Below are positions 16,384 through 25,398 of a stretch of DNA of 32,000 nt, piece after piece (position 1 is the stretch's first letter; the number at the start of each line of letters is the position of its first letter). This stretch comes from an uncultured Nitriliruptorales bacterium (GTDB taxonomy: Bacteria; Actinomycetota; Nitriliruptoria; Nitriliruptorales; Nitriliruptoraceae), in assembly GCA_963735045.1 (NCBI GenBank), contig CAVTIZ010000003.1, forward strand, positions 419,717 through 451,716. The letters run 5' to 3'. The notes beneath the pieces are model-generated. The model was given only the letters and a program-made list of their open reading frames with translations, searched no databases and was not told where the DNA came from. The position numbers were made by a program, and so were the translations under genes.

Positions 16384-16413
16384 GGTCCACCACACGGGGG
16401 TCCACCACACGGG
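16384..16413 (+). repeat. Perfect 15-bp direct repeat x2 (GGTCCACCACACGGG) upstream of the M1 peptidase gene
   Basis: This was read directly: 16384-16398 equals 16399-16413. The repeat ends 25 nt before ATG 16439. Confidence 0.85.
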
Positions 16414-16438
16414 TCCCCCATCCCTCGCAGGAGACGCC

Positions 16439-17884
16439 ATGCCACCACCCCGTCCGCTCCGACTCCTCGGCATGGCGCTGGCCACCACGGCCATGGTCGC
16501 GACCGCCGTCGCCGCCGACGCCGCCCCCCGCGGAGCGGCCTCGGACCGCGCCTCGTCCGGGCGACCCGTCGCCGGAGCCGACGGCATCGGTGACCCCTAC
16601 TTCCCCCTGGCCGGCAACGGTGGCATCGACGTCGTGCACTACGACCTCGAGCTCGACTACACCCCGCCGGGTCCCGCCCCGGCCCCGCTGGAGGGCACGC
16701 TGGACGCGAGCGCCACGATCGAGCTCGAGGCGACCGCGAACCTCGCGTCGTTCAACCTCGACCTGCGGGGCCTGACCGCCGACCGGGTCCGCATCGACGG
16801 CAGGCGCACGCCGTTCGACCAGGTCGACAACGAGCTGGTCGTGAGCGCGCGCCCACCGCTGCGCACCGGCGACACCGTCACCGTCGAGATCGACTACGGC
16901 GGGACCACGACACGTCCGCGCGACATCGAGAACGCCCTGTACGGGTTCGTGACGACCCGGGACGGGGCCATGGTGGTCAGCGAACCCGACGGCGCCGCGA
17001 CCTGGTTCCCGGTCAACGACCACCCGCTGGACAAGGCGACGTACGCCTTCGAGATCACCGTCCCCGAGGGGCTGGTCGCCGTGGCCAACGGCGAGCTCGT
17101 CGGCGAGTCCACCACGGCCGGCCGGACCACGTGGACCTGGGACGCACCGGATCCGATGGCGGCCTACCTGGCGACCGCGACGATCGGCAACTTCGAGCTG
17201 GTGTCGTCCACCGCCCCCAACGGGGTCGAGATCCTCGACGCGATCGACCGTGACCTGGCGCCCAGCGCATCCGCGGACCTCGCGCTGACGGGGGACATGC
17301 TGGTGTTCTTCGCCGATCTCTACGGCGAGTACCCGTTCGTCAACTACGGGGCGATCGTCGACGACGACTCCGTGGGCTACGCCCTGGAGACCCAGACGCG
17401 TTCGTTCTTCTCGCGCAACGCACGCGAGGGCACGATCGCCCACGAGCTGGCCCACCAGTGGATGGGCGACCACGTCGGCCCGTCGCAGTGGTCCGACATC
17501 TGGCTCAACGAGGGCTGGGCGACCTACTCGTCGTGGCTGTGGTCGGAGGACCAGGGCCGCACCACCGCACAACAGTCCTACGAGAGCGTGCTGGGGATCG
17601 CGGCCGACAGCTCCTACTGGACGATCGTGGTGTCGGACCCGGGGCCCTTCGGGCTGTTCTCGAGCCCGGTGTACACCCGCGGCGCGGCGACCCTGCACGC
17701 CCTGCGGCTGGAGATCGGCGACGACGCGTTCTTCGACCTCGCCCGGGAGTGGGTGGCTCGCTACGGCGGGGCGACCGGTTCGACCGACGACTTCCGTTCC
17801 CTGGCCGAGGAGGTGTCCGGCCAGGACCTCGACTCGCTGTTCGACGCCTGGCTGGACGCCCAGGTCCGGCCGACCACCTGGTGA
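16439..17884 (+). CDS. Secreted M1-family zinc metallopeptidase (aminopeptidase N-like), 481 aa
   Basis: It has HELAHQWMGD (HExxH) and WLNEGWATY (the distal Glu motif). The N-terminus is signal-like (RLLGMALATTAMVATAVAADA). Confidence 0.9.
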   Translation: MPPPRPLRLLGMALATTAMVATAVAADAAPRGAASDRASSGRPVAGADGIGDPYFPLAGNGGIDVVHYDLELDYTPPGPAPAPLEGTLDASATIELEATANLASFNLDLRGLTADRVRIDGRRTPFDQVDNELVVSARPPLRTGDTVTVEIDYGGTTTRPRDIENALYGFVTTRDGAMVVSEPDGAATWFPVNDHPLDKATYAFEITVPEGLVAVANGELVGESTTAGRTTWTWDAPDPMAAYLATATIGNFELVSSTAPNGVEILDAIDRDLAPSASADLALTGDMLVFFADLYGEYPFVNYGAIVDDDSVGYALETQTRSFFSRNAREGTIAHELAHQWMGDHVGPSQWSDIWLNEGWATYSSWLWSEDQGRTTAQQSYESVLGIAADSSYWTIVVSDPGPFGLFSSPVYTRGAATLHALRLEIGDDAFFDLAREWVARYGGATGSTDDFRSLAEEVSGQDLDSLFDAWLDAQVRPTTW

Positions 17885-17948
17885 TCGACCACCCGTCGGG
17901 ACGGTCGCGGGCCGATCGTCCCGGCGTGGCGTCTGGCACCATGGCGAC

Positions 17949-19139
17949 ATGATCTACCTCGACCATGCCGCCTCCACGCCCGTGCGTCCGTCCGCGCGGG
18001 CGGCGCTGGCGCAGTGGGTCGAGTCGATGGACGAGGTGGGCGCGGCGACCGGGGCGCCCACCGTCCTGGGCAACCCGTCGGCGTCGCACGCGGCCGGACG
18101 CGCCTCGCGGGTGGCGGTCGAGACGGCCCGTGAGCAGGTCGCGGCCGCGGTCGGTGCCCGTCCCGCCGACGTGGTGTTCACCTCCGGCGGGACCGAGGCG
18201 GACAACCTCGCGATCAAGGGCCTGGCGTGGGCCGGGGCGAGCGAGGGCCGCCGGCACCTGGTGACCACGGGCGTGGAGCACGCCGCGGTGCGCAACGCCG
18301 CTCGCTGGCTGGCGACCCGCGGCTTCACCCTCGACGAGGTCGCGCCGCGCCCGGACGGCACCGTGGATCCCGACCAGGTGCTCGCGGCCGTCACCGACGA
18401 CACGGCGGTGGTCAGCGTGATGGCGGCCAACAACGAGGTCGGGTCGTGCAACGACCTCGACGTGCTGGCCGACGCCCTGCGGGACCGGCCCGCCGTGCTC
18501 CACACCGACGCGATCCAGGCGATCGCGACGCGACCCGTGATCCTCCGCGACGGCCTGGACGCGATCTCGCTGTCGGGCCACAAGTTCGGGGCCCCGCAGG
18601 GCGTCGGGGCGGCCGTGCTGCGGCGTGGGGTCGGGGTGGAACCGCTGCTGCACGGCGGCGGCCAGGACCGCGGGGTGCGCTCCGGGACCTTCGCGGCCGC
18701 CCTCGACGCCGCCCTGGGTGCCGCCGCCGAGGCCGCGGTGGCGGACCGTCCGCGGCTGGTGGTCGACGCGACCCGCCACACCGCCCGGCTCCGGGCCGTG
18801 GTCGAGGGCCTGGACGGCGTGCACGTCCACGGCAGCACCGATCCGGACTGGCGGCTGCCGACCCACCTGCACCTGGGGGTCGCCGGCGTGGACTCGGAGC
18901 TGGTCACGTTCGGCCTGGACCAGGCCGGGCTGTGTGCGTCGACCGGATCGGCCTGCTCGTCCGGGGCCCAGGCGGCGAGCCACGTGGCCGCGGCCTGCGG
19001 GATCGACGACGACGCCGTGTTGCGGCTGTCGGTCGGGTGGACCACCACCGACGAGGAGGTCGAGCGGGCGGTGGACGTCCTGGTCGACGTCCTGACCCGG
19101 TTGCGGGCCGGCCGCGGCCTGTTCGAGGTGGCGACGTGA
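17949..19139 (+). CDS. iscS: Cysteine desulfurase (class V aminotransferase, IscS/NifS-like), 396 aa
   Basis: It has the PLP lysine motif SGHKFGAPQGVG and the catalytic loop STGSACSSG. It is coupled to mnmA, as in other actinobacteria. Confidence 0.9.
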   Translation: MIYLDHAASTPVRPSARAALAQWVESMDEVGAATGAPTVLGNPSASHAAGRASRVAVETAREQVAAAVGARPADVVFTSGGTEADNLAIKGLAWAGASEGRRHLVTTGVEHAAVRNAARWLATRGFTLDEVAPRPDGTVDPDQVLAAVTDDTAVVSVMAANNEVGSCNDLDVLADALRDRPAVLHTDAIQAIATRPVILRDGLDAISLSGHKFGAPQGVGAAVLRRGVGVEPLLHGGGQDRGVRSGTFAAALDAALGAAAEAAVADRPRLVVDATRHTARLRAVVEGLDGVHVHGSTDPDWRLPTHLHLGVAGVDSELVTFGLDQAGLCASTGSACSSGAQAASHVAAACGIDDDAVLRLSVGWTTTDEEVERAVDVLVDVLTRLRAGRGLFEVAT

Positions 19140-20260
19140 GCCGGGTCCTGGTGGCGATGTCGGGCGGCGTGGACTCGGCGGTGGCGGCGGCGATGCTGGT
19201 CGAGGCCGGCCACGACGTGACCGGCGTGCACCTGAAGTTGGCCGACGTCCCCGACGACCAGCAGGTGGTCGGCCACGGCTGCTGCAGCCTGGACGACGCA
19301 TCCGACGCCCGCCGCGCCGCCCAGGTGCTGGACATCCCGTTCTACGTGTGGGACCTCGGCGAGGTGTTCGCCCGTGAGGTCCAGGAACCGTTCGCGCGTG
19401 ACTACGCCGTCGGCGTCACGCCCAACCCGTGCATCACGTGCAACGAGAAGGTCAAGTACGCGGCGCTGCTGGCGCGGGCTCGCACGGTCGGGTTCGACGC
19501 CCTGGCGACCGGCCACCACGTCCGGCTGCGGACCGCCGACGGCCACCCGGTCACCACGCCCGGTGGACCGGCGAGGATGCACCGGGCGGTCGACGCCGAC
19601 AAGGACCAGTCCTACGTGCTGTGGATGGCCACGCCCGACCAGCTGGCCCATTCGCTGTTCCCGGTCGGGGAGGTCACCAAGGCCGAGGTCCGCGCCCGTG
19701 CCGAGGCGTTCGGGTTGCGCGTGGCCACCAAGCCCGACAGCCACGACATCTGCTTCGTCCCCGACGGGGACACCGCCGGGTGGCTGGGTCGCCACCTGCC
19801 GGTCGTCCCGGGCGACATCGTCGACGTCTCCGGCGAGGTGCTGGGTCGCCATCGTGGCATCTGGCACTACACCGTGGGCCAGCGACGAGGCCTGGAGTTG
19901 GACCACCACGAACGGCGGTTCGTGATCGACGTCGACGCAGCGGGCAACCGTGTGGTGGTCGGGCCACGCGAGGCCCTGGCGACGCACACGCTCGTGCTCG
20001 GCACGCCGTCGTGGACGACCGGGACGCCACCCCCGCCCGACCACGACGTGACCGTGCAGGTGCGGGCACACGGTCGCCCGCTGGCGGCCGGGGTCCGGGT
20101 GGCCGACGACGGCGCGGCGACGGTCGACCTCCACGAGCCCGCCCATGGCGTCGCGCTGGGCCAGTCCGCGGTGGTGTACGGCCCGGACCCGATCGGTGAC
20201 CGGTGCCTCGGTGGCGGGCGCATCACCGCCGTGCACCGCCCGGCCCTCGCCGGCGCCTGA
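19136..20260 (+). CDS. mnmA: tRNA 2-thiouridine(34) synthase MnmA/TrmU, 374 aa
   Basis: It has the PP-loop VAMSGGVDSAVAA, plus CNEKVKY and DKDQSYVL motifs. Its GTG start at 19136 overlaps the iscS stop (GTGA). Confidence 0.9.
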   Translation: MSRVLVAMSGGVDSAVAAAMLVEAGHDVTGVHLKLADVPDDQQVVGHGCCSLDDASDARRAAQVLDIPFYVWDLGEVFAREVQEPFARDYAVGVTPNPCITCNEKVKYAALLARARTVGFDALATGHHVRLRTADGHPVTTPGGPARMHRAVDADKDQSYVLWMATPDQLAHSLFPVGEVTKAEVRARAEAFGLRVATKPDSHDICFVPDGDTAGWLGRHLPVVPGDIVDVSGEVLGRHRGIWHYTVGQRRGLELDHHERRFVIDVDAAGNRVVVGPREALATHTLVLGTPSWTTGTPPPPDHDVTVQVRAHGRPLAAGVRVADDGAATVDLHEPAHGVALGQSAVVYGPDPIGDRCLGGGRITAVHRPALAGA

Positions 20261-20387
20261 CCCGGGGATCCACGGGTCCGGTCGCAGGTGGGACGGGCGA
20301 GGGCTGACAGCGTCGCACCCGGCGTCTTTACTGCAGTGAGGACGGCCCCGCCGTCCCCGATCGACCTCCCCCATCCAAGGATCCCCC

Positions 20388-22145
20388 ATGAGACGTCTCG
20401 TCGCCGGGCTCGCCCTGGCCCTCGTCGCCGCACCAGCCACCGTCGCCGTCGCCCAGGACGCCCTTCCCCAGGCCGTCACCACGTCCCGCGAGATGGTCGT
20501 GACCGCCAATCCCGACGCCACGGCGGCCGGGGAGGAGATCCTGGCCAGCGGGGGCACCGCGGCCGATGCCTACGTCGCGGTCCAGGCCGTGCTCGGGCTG
20601 GTGGAACCCCAGTCCAGCGGGCTCGGCGGTGGCGCGTTCCTGGTGTGGTACGACGCCGCAACGGGGGAGACCACGACCTACGACGCCCGGGAGGAGACCC
20701 CGTCCGCGGCCAGCGAGGACCGCTTCCAGGGTCTGGACTTCTTCACCGCGTGGCAGTCCGGCCTGTCGGCCGGCGTGCCCGGGACACCGGCGCTGATGGA
20801 GGCGATCCACGCCGACGAGGGTCAGCTGTCGTGGCAGCGCCTGTTCGCCCGGGCGACGATCATGGCCCGCCGGGGGTTCGCGGTCACCCAGCGCACGGAG
20901 GACTCGGTGAACCAGCTGCTGGGGTTCAACACCTCGTGCAGCGACCGCCTGTTCTTCCGCGACCCGGTGGCGTTCGACTACTTCACCAACGGTGACCCAA
21001 CCGACTGCGCAGCCAAGCCCGCCGGCACCCGACTGCGCAACCTCGACTACGCCGACACCCTCCGTGCGCTGAGCCGGGACGGGGCCGAGGCGTTCGCCAC
21101 CGGCGACATCGCCGAGTCCATCGTCGAGGCCGTGCAGACCGACCCGGCGATCCCCGGCGACATGACCCTGGACGACCTCGCCGACTACGAGGTCGTCGAG
21201 CGTGACCCGGTGTGCATGGACTACCGCGGCCACGACGTGTGCGGCATGGGACCGCCGTCGTCGGGCGCGTTGGCCGTCGGCCAGATCCTGGGCATCCTGG
21301 AGAACTTCGACCTGGGTGACGACCCGTTGGACGACCGCGCCGCGCACCTGTTCACCCAGGCATCCCGACTGGCCTTCGCCGACCGCAACCTGTACGTGGG
21401 CGATCCCGATCACGTCACCGTGCCGACCGAGGGGATGCTCGACGAGGACTACCTCGCCGGCCGTGCCGCGCTGGTGACCGACATGGACATGGGCACCGCG
21501 CAGCCGGGGACCCCGCCGGGGGAGTTCGACCCGACCGCCCCGCAGACCGCCTCGACCGAGGCCGGCACCAGCCACGTGTCGATCGTGGATCGTGACGGCA
21601 ACGCGCTGTCGGTCACGACCACCGTCGAGTCGCCGTTCGGCAACGGCGTCATGGTCGACGGAGGTGGGTTCCTGCTCAACAACGAGCTGACCGACTTCTC
21701 CTTCGCCCCCACCGACGCCGACGGCACGCCGATCGCGAACCGGGTCGAGCCCGGCAAGCGGCCGCGCTCGTCGATGTCGCCGACCATCGTGTTCGACGGT
21801 GACGGCGACCTCGAACTGGTGACCGGGTCACCGGGTGGCTCCCGCATCATCGGCTACACGGCGCAGTCGATCGTCAACGTCATCGACTTCGGGCTGGACC
21901 CGCAGGAGGCGATCAACGTCCCGCACTACGGCAACCGCAACACCGCCACGACCGAGATCGAGGACCCGATCCCCGGCGTGACCTGGGACTACGACGCGCC
22001 GGCCCTGGCCGCCGAGCTCGCGGCCCGGGGCCACCAGGTCTCCATCGCGCCGATGGAGTCGGGCCTGTCAGTGATCCAGGTGGTCGGCGACGACCTCGTC
22101 GGTGGCGCCGACCACCGCCGGGACGGCACCGTCGGCGGTCGCTGA
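20388..22145 (+). CDS. ggt: Gamma-glutamyltransferase, 585 aa, with signal peptide
   Basis: It has the autoprocessing/catalytic Thr motif (EAGTSHVSIVDRDGNALSVTTTVESPFG) and GSPGGSRII. Confidence 0.95.
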   Translation: MRRLVAGLALALVAAPATVAVAQDALPQAVTTSREMVVTANPDATAAGEEILASGGTAADAYVAVQAVLGLVEPQSSGLGGGAFLVWYDAATGETTTYDAREETPSAASEDRFQGLDFFTAWQSGLSAGVPGTPALMEAIHADEGQLSWQRLFARATIMARRGFAVTQRTEDSVNQLLGFNTSCSDRLFFRDPVAFDYFTNGDPTDCAAKPAGTRLRNLDYADTLRALSRDGAEAFATGDIAESIVEAVQTDPAIPGDMTLDDLADYEVVERDPVCMDYRGHDVCGMGPPSSGALAVGQILGILENFDLGDDPLDDRAAHLFTQASRLAFADRNLYVGDPDHVTVPTEGMLDEDYLAGRAALVTDMDMGTAQPGTPPGEFDPTAPQTASTEAGTSHVSIVDRDGNALSVTTTVESPFGNGVMVDGGGFLLNNELTDFSFAPTDADGTPIANRVEPGKRPRSSMSPTIVFDGDGDLELVTGSPGGSRIIGYTAQSIVNVIDFGLDPQEAINVPHYGNRNTATTEIEDPIPGVTWDYDAPALAAELAARGHQVSIAPMESGLSVIQVVGDDLVGGADHRRDGTVGGR

Positions 22146-22164
22146 CGCGCCGGTCCCACGACAC

Positions 22165-22192
22165 GGGCCCCACGCCGATCGGCGTGGGGCCC
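22165..22192. terminator. Bidirectional terminator hairpin between convergent ggt and the ABC permease
   Basis: GGGCCCCACGCC (22165-22176) and GGCGTGGGGCCC (22181-22192) form a perfect 12-bp stem with a GATC loop, sited in a 68-nt convergent gap. Confidence 0.6.
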
Positions 22193-22213
22193 GTCCATGA
22201 TGGTGCGGCCAAC

Positions 22214-23686
22214 TCAGCCGCTGCGGTCCCGCCACGGCACCAGCAGGCGGGCCAGCCCCAGCAGCACCACGGACATGCCCCCCAGCCACAGCCACACCGA
22301 CGTCGACACGGGCAGGCCGAGCAACATCAGCTCCTGCAGGGCCTGGAAGGCATGCGTGGTGGGCAACAGCCACGACACCCAGATCACCGGGACCGTGATC
22401 CGGTCCAGCGGCAGGAACATGCCCGAGAAGAACACGGCCGTGATCAGCAGCAGCATCGAGAACTGCACCGCCTGGCTGTCGGACCGCGACGCGGCCGCGA
22501 CCAGGAAGCCGTAGCCCAGTGACGCCAGCAGCGCCAGGGCCACCACGCCCGCGAAGGCCCCCCAACTGACCGGTGCCGGGACCTGGAAGGCCACGACGAT
22601 CAGCCCGGTGAGGATCGTGGCGACCGCCCCGCCCAGCAGGAGGTGGGCCGTCGACGTGCCGATCAGACGTTCGGTGGTGCCCACGGGGGTGACGCGCAGC
22701 AGCTCGGAGGTTCCCTGGCGACGTTCCCGGACCATGCCCAGGGCCACGAACGTGATCGCGACGTGCTGGAGCATCAGCGCCAGCAGGCCCGGTGCGTAGT
22801 AGCGGTCCAGGGTGATGGCGACCGGGGTCTGGCGGTAGACCTGCACGGTGAACGGCTCCGCCAGCACCTCCGGATCGGTCTCCTGGAGCATCGCCACGGC
22901 CTCGTCGGCCCGGTCGAGTGTCTCGTCGGCGCGATCCAGCTCCCCGATGGCGTCGGCCTCCGACAGCGCCCGCAGCGCCTCGGCGCCCCCGCGCATGTCC
23001 TCGGCCAGCTGGCCGGGCTGGTCGATGCCCAGCGGCGCCAGCAGCGGTCCGGCCGCGCCGACCTGTCCGGCCAGGGTCTCGAGCTGGTCGGCCAGGGGGC
23101 CGGCGTTGCGCTGGATGGTCTCGAGGTCGTCGTCGGAGACGGTCGCCCGCAGCATGTCCAGCTGGGTCCGGGCCTCGGCGATCTGGTCGGTGAGGCCGCT
23201 GGCCTCGTCCTGGATGCGCGCCACCGCCGAGGCCACGACCTCGTCGTTGATCTGGGCCACGGCGGTCTGGGCCGCGACCTCGATCTGGGCCGTCGTGACC
23301 GGGTCGGGCTTGCGCTGGTGGACCTCGATCTCGCGTTGCTGCGTGGCGTTGATCTCGTCGATGTCGGGCAGCACGACCACCAGGTCGACCTCGCCGGCCT
23401 TGAGCTCGGCGATCGCGGCGTCACGGTCGGTGCTGGTGCCGATGTAGTCGATGCCCGTGACCTCGGCCTCGGTCACGTACTCGTCGATCTGCTGGGTCAG
23501 TGCGCTGTCGTCGGCGCCGACGACGACGGTGGTCAGGGTCGGGAAGTCCTGGCTGTAGCCGAGCCCGAACACGAACAGGATCAGGAACGGCCCCAGCACG
23601 AGTGTGAGGATGAGGCGTGGCTGGCGGAGCGTGCTGACCAGCTCGCGGCGGGCGAAGGCGGAGATGCGGACCAGGCGCTCACGCAT
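22214..23686 (-). CDS. ABC-2 family permease with a large extracytoplasmic coiled-coil-like domain (YhgE/Pip-like architecture), 490 aa
   Basis: It has one N-terminal TM helix, then a soluble Ala/Glu/Asp/Leu-rich region of about 330 aa, then five C-terminal TM helices. ATG 23686 overlaps the ATPase gene end by 8 nt. Confidence 0.8.
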   Translation of the reverse strand: MRERLVRISAFARRELVSTLRQPRLILTLVLGPFLILFVFGLGYSQDFPTLTTVVVGADDSALTQQIDEYVTEAEVTGIDYIGTSTDRDAAIAELKAGEVDLVVVLPDIDEINATQQREIEVHQRKPDPVTTAQIEVAAQTAVAQINDEVVASAVARIQDEASGLTDQIAEARTQLDMLRATVSDDDLETIQRNAGPLADQLETLAGQVGAAGPLLAPLGIDQPGQLAEDMRGGAEALRALSEADAIGELDRADETLDRADEAVAMLQETDPEVLAEPFTVQVYRQTPVAITLDRYYAPGLLALMLQHVAITFVALGMVRERRQGTSELLRVTPVGTTERLIGTSTAHLLLGGAVATILTGLIVVAFQVPAPVSWGAFAGVVALALLASLGYGFLVAAASRSDSQAVQFSMLLLITAVFFSGMFLPLDRITVPVIWVSWLLPTTHAFQALQELMLLGLPVSTSVWLWLGGMSVVLLGLARLLVPWRDRSG

Positions 23687-24974
23687 GGGCCACCTCCTCG
23701 TCCCGGTCACGGTCTCGGTCACGGTCCTGGGCGCTGCGGTGTTCCTCGACGAGCCGGACGAAGACCTCGTCGAAGGACGGCCGGTGCGCCGAGACCAGTG
23801 GTGGATCGGTTCCCTCCGACGTGAACCGTTCGGTGATGCGGGCCTGCAGGCCGTCGCCACCCTCCACCAGGTAGCGGACCCGACGCGGTCCCAGCCGACG
23901 CTGGATGCCCACGACCCCCTCGACCTGTCGCAGGTCGAGGTCGCGCGGGTCGATGGTGTCGTGTTCGACGTCGAGCAGGTCACCGCCGAAGGCCTCGCGG
24001 CGGAGCCCGTCCGGGCTGTCCACCCGGATCACGCGGCCGTCGACCATGAGGGCCACCTGGTCGCACTCGTCGGCCTCGGTCACGTACTGGGTGGTGATCA
24101 CCAGGGTGTGTCCGTCGTCGCGGAGTGCGGTCAGGTACTCCCACAACTGGGCCCGCAGCACCGGGTCGATCCCGGCCGTCGGTTCGTCGAGGATCAACAG
24201 CTCGGGGTCGTGGACGATCGCGGCGCCCAGCGCCACCCGTCGTTGTTCCCCACCCGAGCACCGTCGCAGCAGGGTGCGTTGTTCGTCCTCCAGGCCCACC
24301 AGTTCGAGCACGTCGTCGATGCGGTGGCGGGCGTCCGAGGAGCCCTTGCCCGGCCACCACTTCGCGCGCCACGGCATTCCCTGGAGCGAGGCCATGAAGT
24401 CGAGGTTGTGGCGCACGGTCAGGTCGGGGTCCAGGGCGTTGCCCTGGGGGAGGTAGCCCAGCCGCGTGTGGTGGTTCCGTTCGGCCTCCCACGGGTCGGT
24501 GCCCAGGACCTCGATGGTGCCCTCGTGGGCGGGCAGCAGGCCCAGCATCAGACGAGCCAGGGTGGTCTTGCCGGAGCCGCTGGGTCCCACGATGCCCAGG
24601 ATCTGTCCGGTCGGCACGTCGAGGTCGACGTCGTCGACCCCATGGACGTCGTCGTAGTGGTGGGCGAGGCCCCGGGCATGCACCACGGCGTCTGCCTCGC
24701 CATCGTGGGCGCTCGCCGACGACCCCTCCGGCGGCTCGCCCGTGGGCTCCGTGCCGTCCTCCCGCCGGGCGGTTCCGTCGTTGCCCCCGGCATCCGCGCC
24801 GTCTGGCCCGGCACCGCGGGAGCGGTCGTCATGGGTCGTGTCGGTCGGGGTGATGGCGGCGTCGACGGCGTCGCGGCCAGTCTCGGGGGGCGACGTCGCC
24901 GGGGCGGGCGTGGGGCCGGCCGTGGTGCGGTCGGGCGCGGGCGGGACGCCGTCGGGCGGGGACTCGTCGGGCAT
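23679..24974 (-). CDS. ABC transporter ATP-binding protein with an N-terminal Pro/Asp/Thr/Gly-rich extension of about 95 aa and a C-terminal (RD)n tail, 431 aa
   Basis: It has Walker A GPSGSGKTT, signature CSGGEQRRVALG and Walker B LLILDEPTAGID. GAGG lies 7 nt upstream of ATG 24974. The remainder of ORF 23679-27182 is antisense to the ABC-F gene. Confidence 0.85.
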   Translation of the reverse strand: MPDESPPDGVPPAPDRTTAGPTPAPATSPPETGRDAVDAAITPTDTTHDDRSRGAGPDGADAGGNDGTARREDGTEPTGEPPEGSSASAHDGEADAVVHARGLAHHYDDVHGVDDVDLDVPTGQILGIVGPSGSGKTTLARLMLGLLPAHEGTIEVLGTDPWEAERNHHTRLGYLPQGNALDPDLTVRHNLDFMASLQGMPWRAKWWPGKGSSDARHRIDDVLELVGLEDEQRTLLRRCSGGEQRRVALGAAIVHDPELLILDEPTAGIDPVLRAQLWEYLTALRDDGHTLVITTQYVTEADECDQVALMVDGRVIRVDSPDGLRREAFGGDLLDVEHDTIDPRDLDLRQVEGVVGIQRRLGPRRVRYLVEGGDGLQARITERFTSEGTDPPLVSAHRPSFDEVFVRLVEEHRSAQDRDRDRDRDEEVAHA

Positions 24975-25188
24975 GGTGGGGCCTCGTGGTGACCGCCCGG
25001 CACGCCGGGCGGGGTGGTGGACGGAGGGGCGGGTGCACGGACGGCACGCGCGACGGTCCGGGACGCGCAGGGGTGCATCCCGGACCTGAGGATGCCAGCA
25101 TGGTGACAACGGGGTGACCCTGCAACGCCCGAACGTCCCCGCGACGACGCCCCCTGGGACCCGGTCGAACCACCAGCCTGTGGTCGAC

Positions 25189-25218
25189 TTGCCACCGGGC
25201 CGATCGGGGTGGTAGACT
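25189..25218 (+). promoter_or_regulatory. Sigma-70/SigA-like promoter candidate for the ABC-F leader
   Basis: TTGCCA (25189-25194), an 18-nt spacer, then TAGACT (25213-25218). An ATG lies 7 nt downstream at 25225. Confidence 0.45.
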
Positions 25219-25224
25219 CGTGCC

Positions 25225-25398
25225 ATGCTCGGCGACGAACTCGCCGAGCATTCGTCTTGCCACCGCCCTCCGCGCCGTCCATCGCGCGTCCGGCCGTGAT
25301 CGACTGTCCCCGACGACGGGCATGGAGTTGCGCCACCTCGCCTGACCGACATCTGGTCCCGGCTGCGTCGCCGACGGGTGACGCCTCGAGGTGGTCCC
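25225..25398 (+). promoter_or_regulatory. Candidate regulatory leader of the ABC-F gene (mini-ORFs, 5' hairpin, anti-SD/SD pairing)
   Basis: An 11-bp perfect inverted repeat occupies 25225-25251. There is a 24-codon ORF at 25225-25299 and a 7-codon ORF at 25322-25345. CCACCTCG (25333-25340) is the complement of CGAGGTGG (25387-25394), which contains the SD. Confidence 0.3.

Noticed and set aside
16208-17950. The upstream part of the 703-aa minus-strand ORF 15839-17950.
   Set aside because: It is antisense to the M1 peptidase, whose HExxH and GWATY motifs lie on the plus strand. Only the last 122 codons, which have their own SD, are kept.
17954-20557. An 867-aa minus-strand ORF, the 17505-19301 ORF, and the upstream part of the plus-strand 18227-20260 ORF.
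   Set aside because: The minus-strand ORFs are antisense to the motif-supported iscS and mnmA genes. The upstream part of 18227-20260 is an out-of-frame extension overlapping iscS. All have Arg/Pro/Ala-rich compositions. Only the mnmA part from GTG 19136 is kept.
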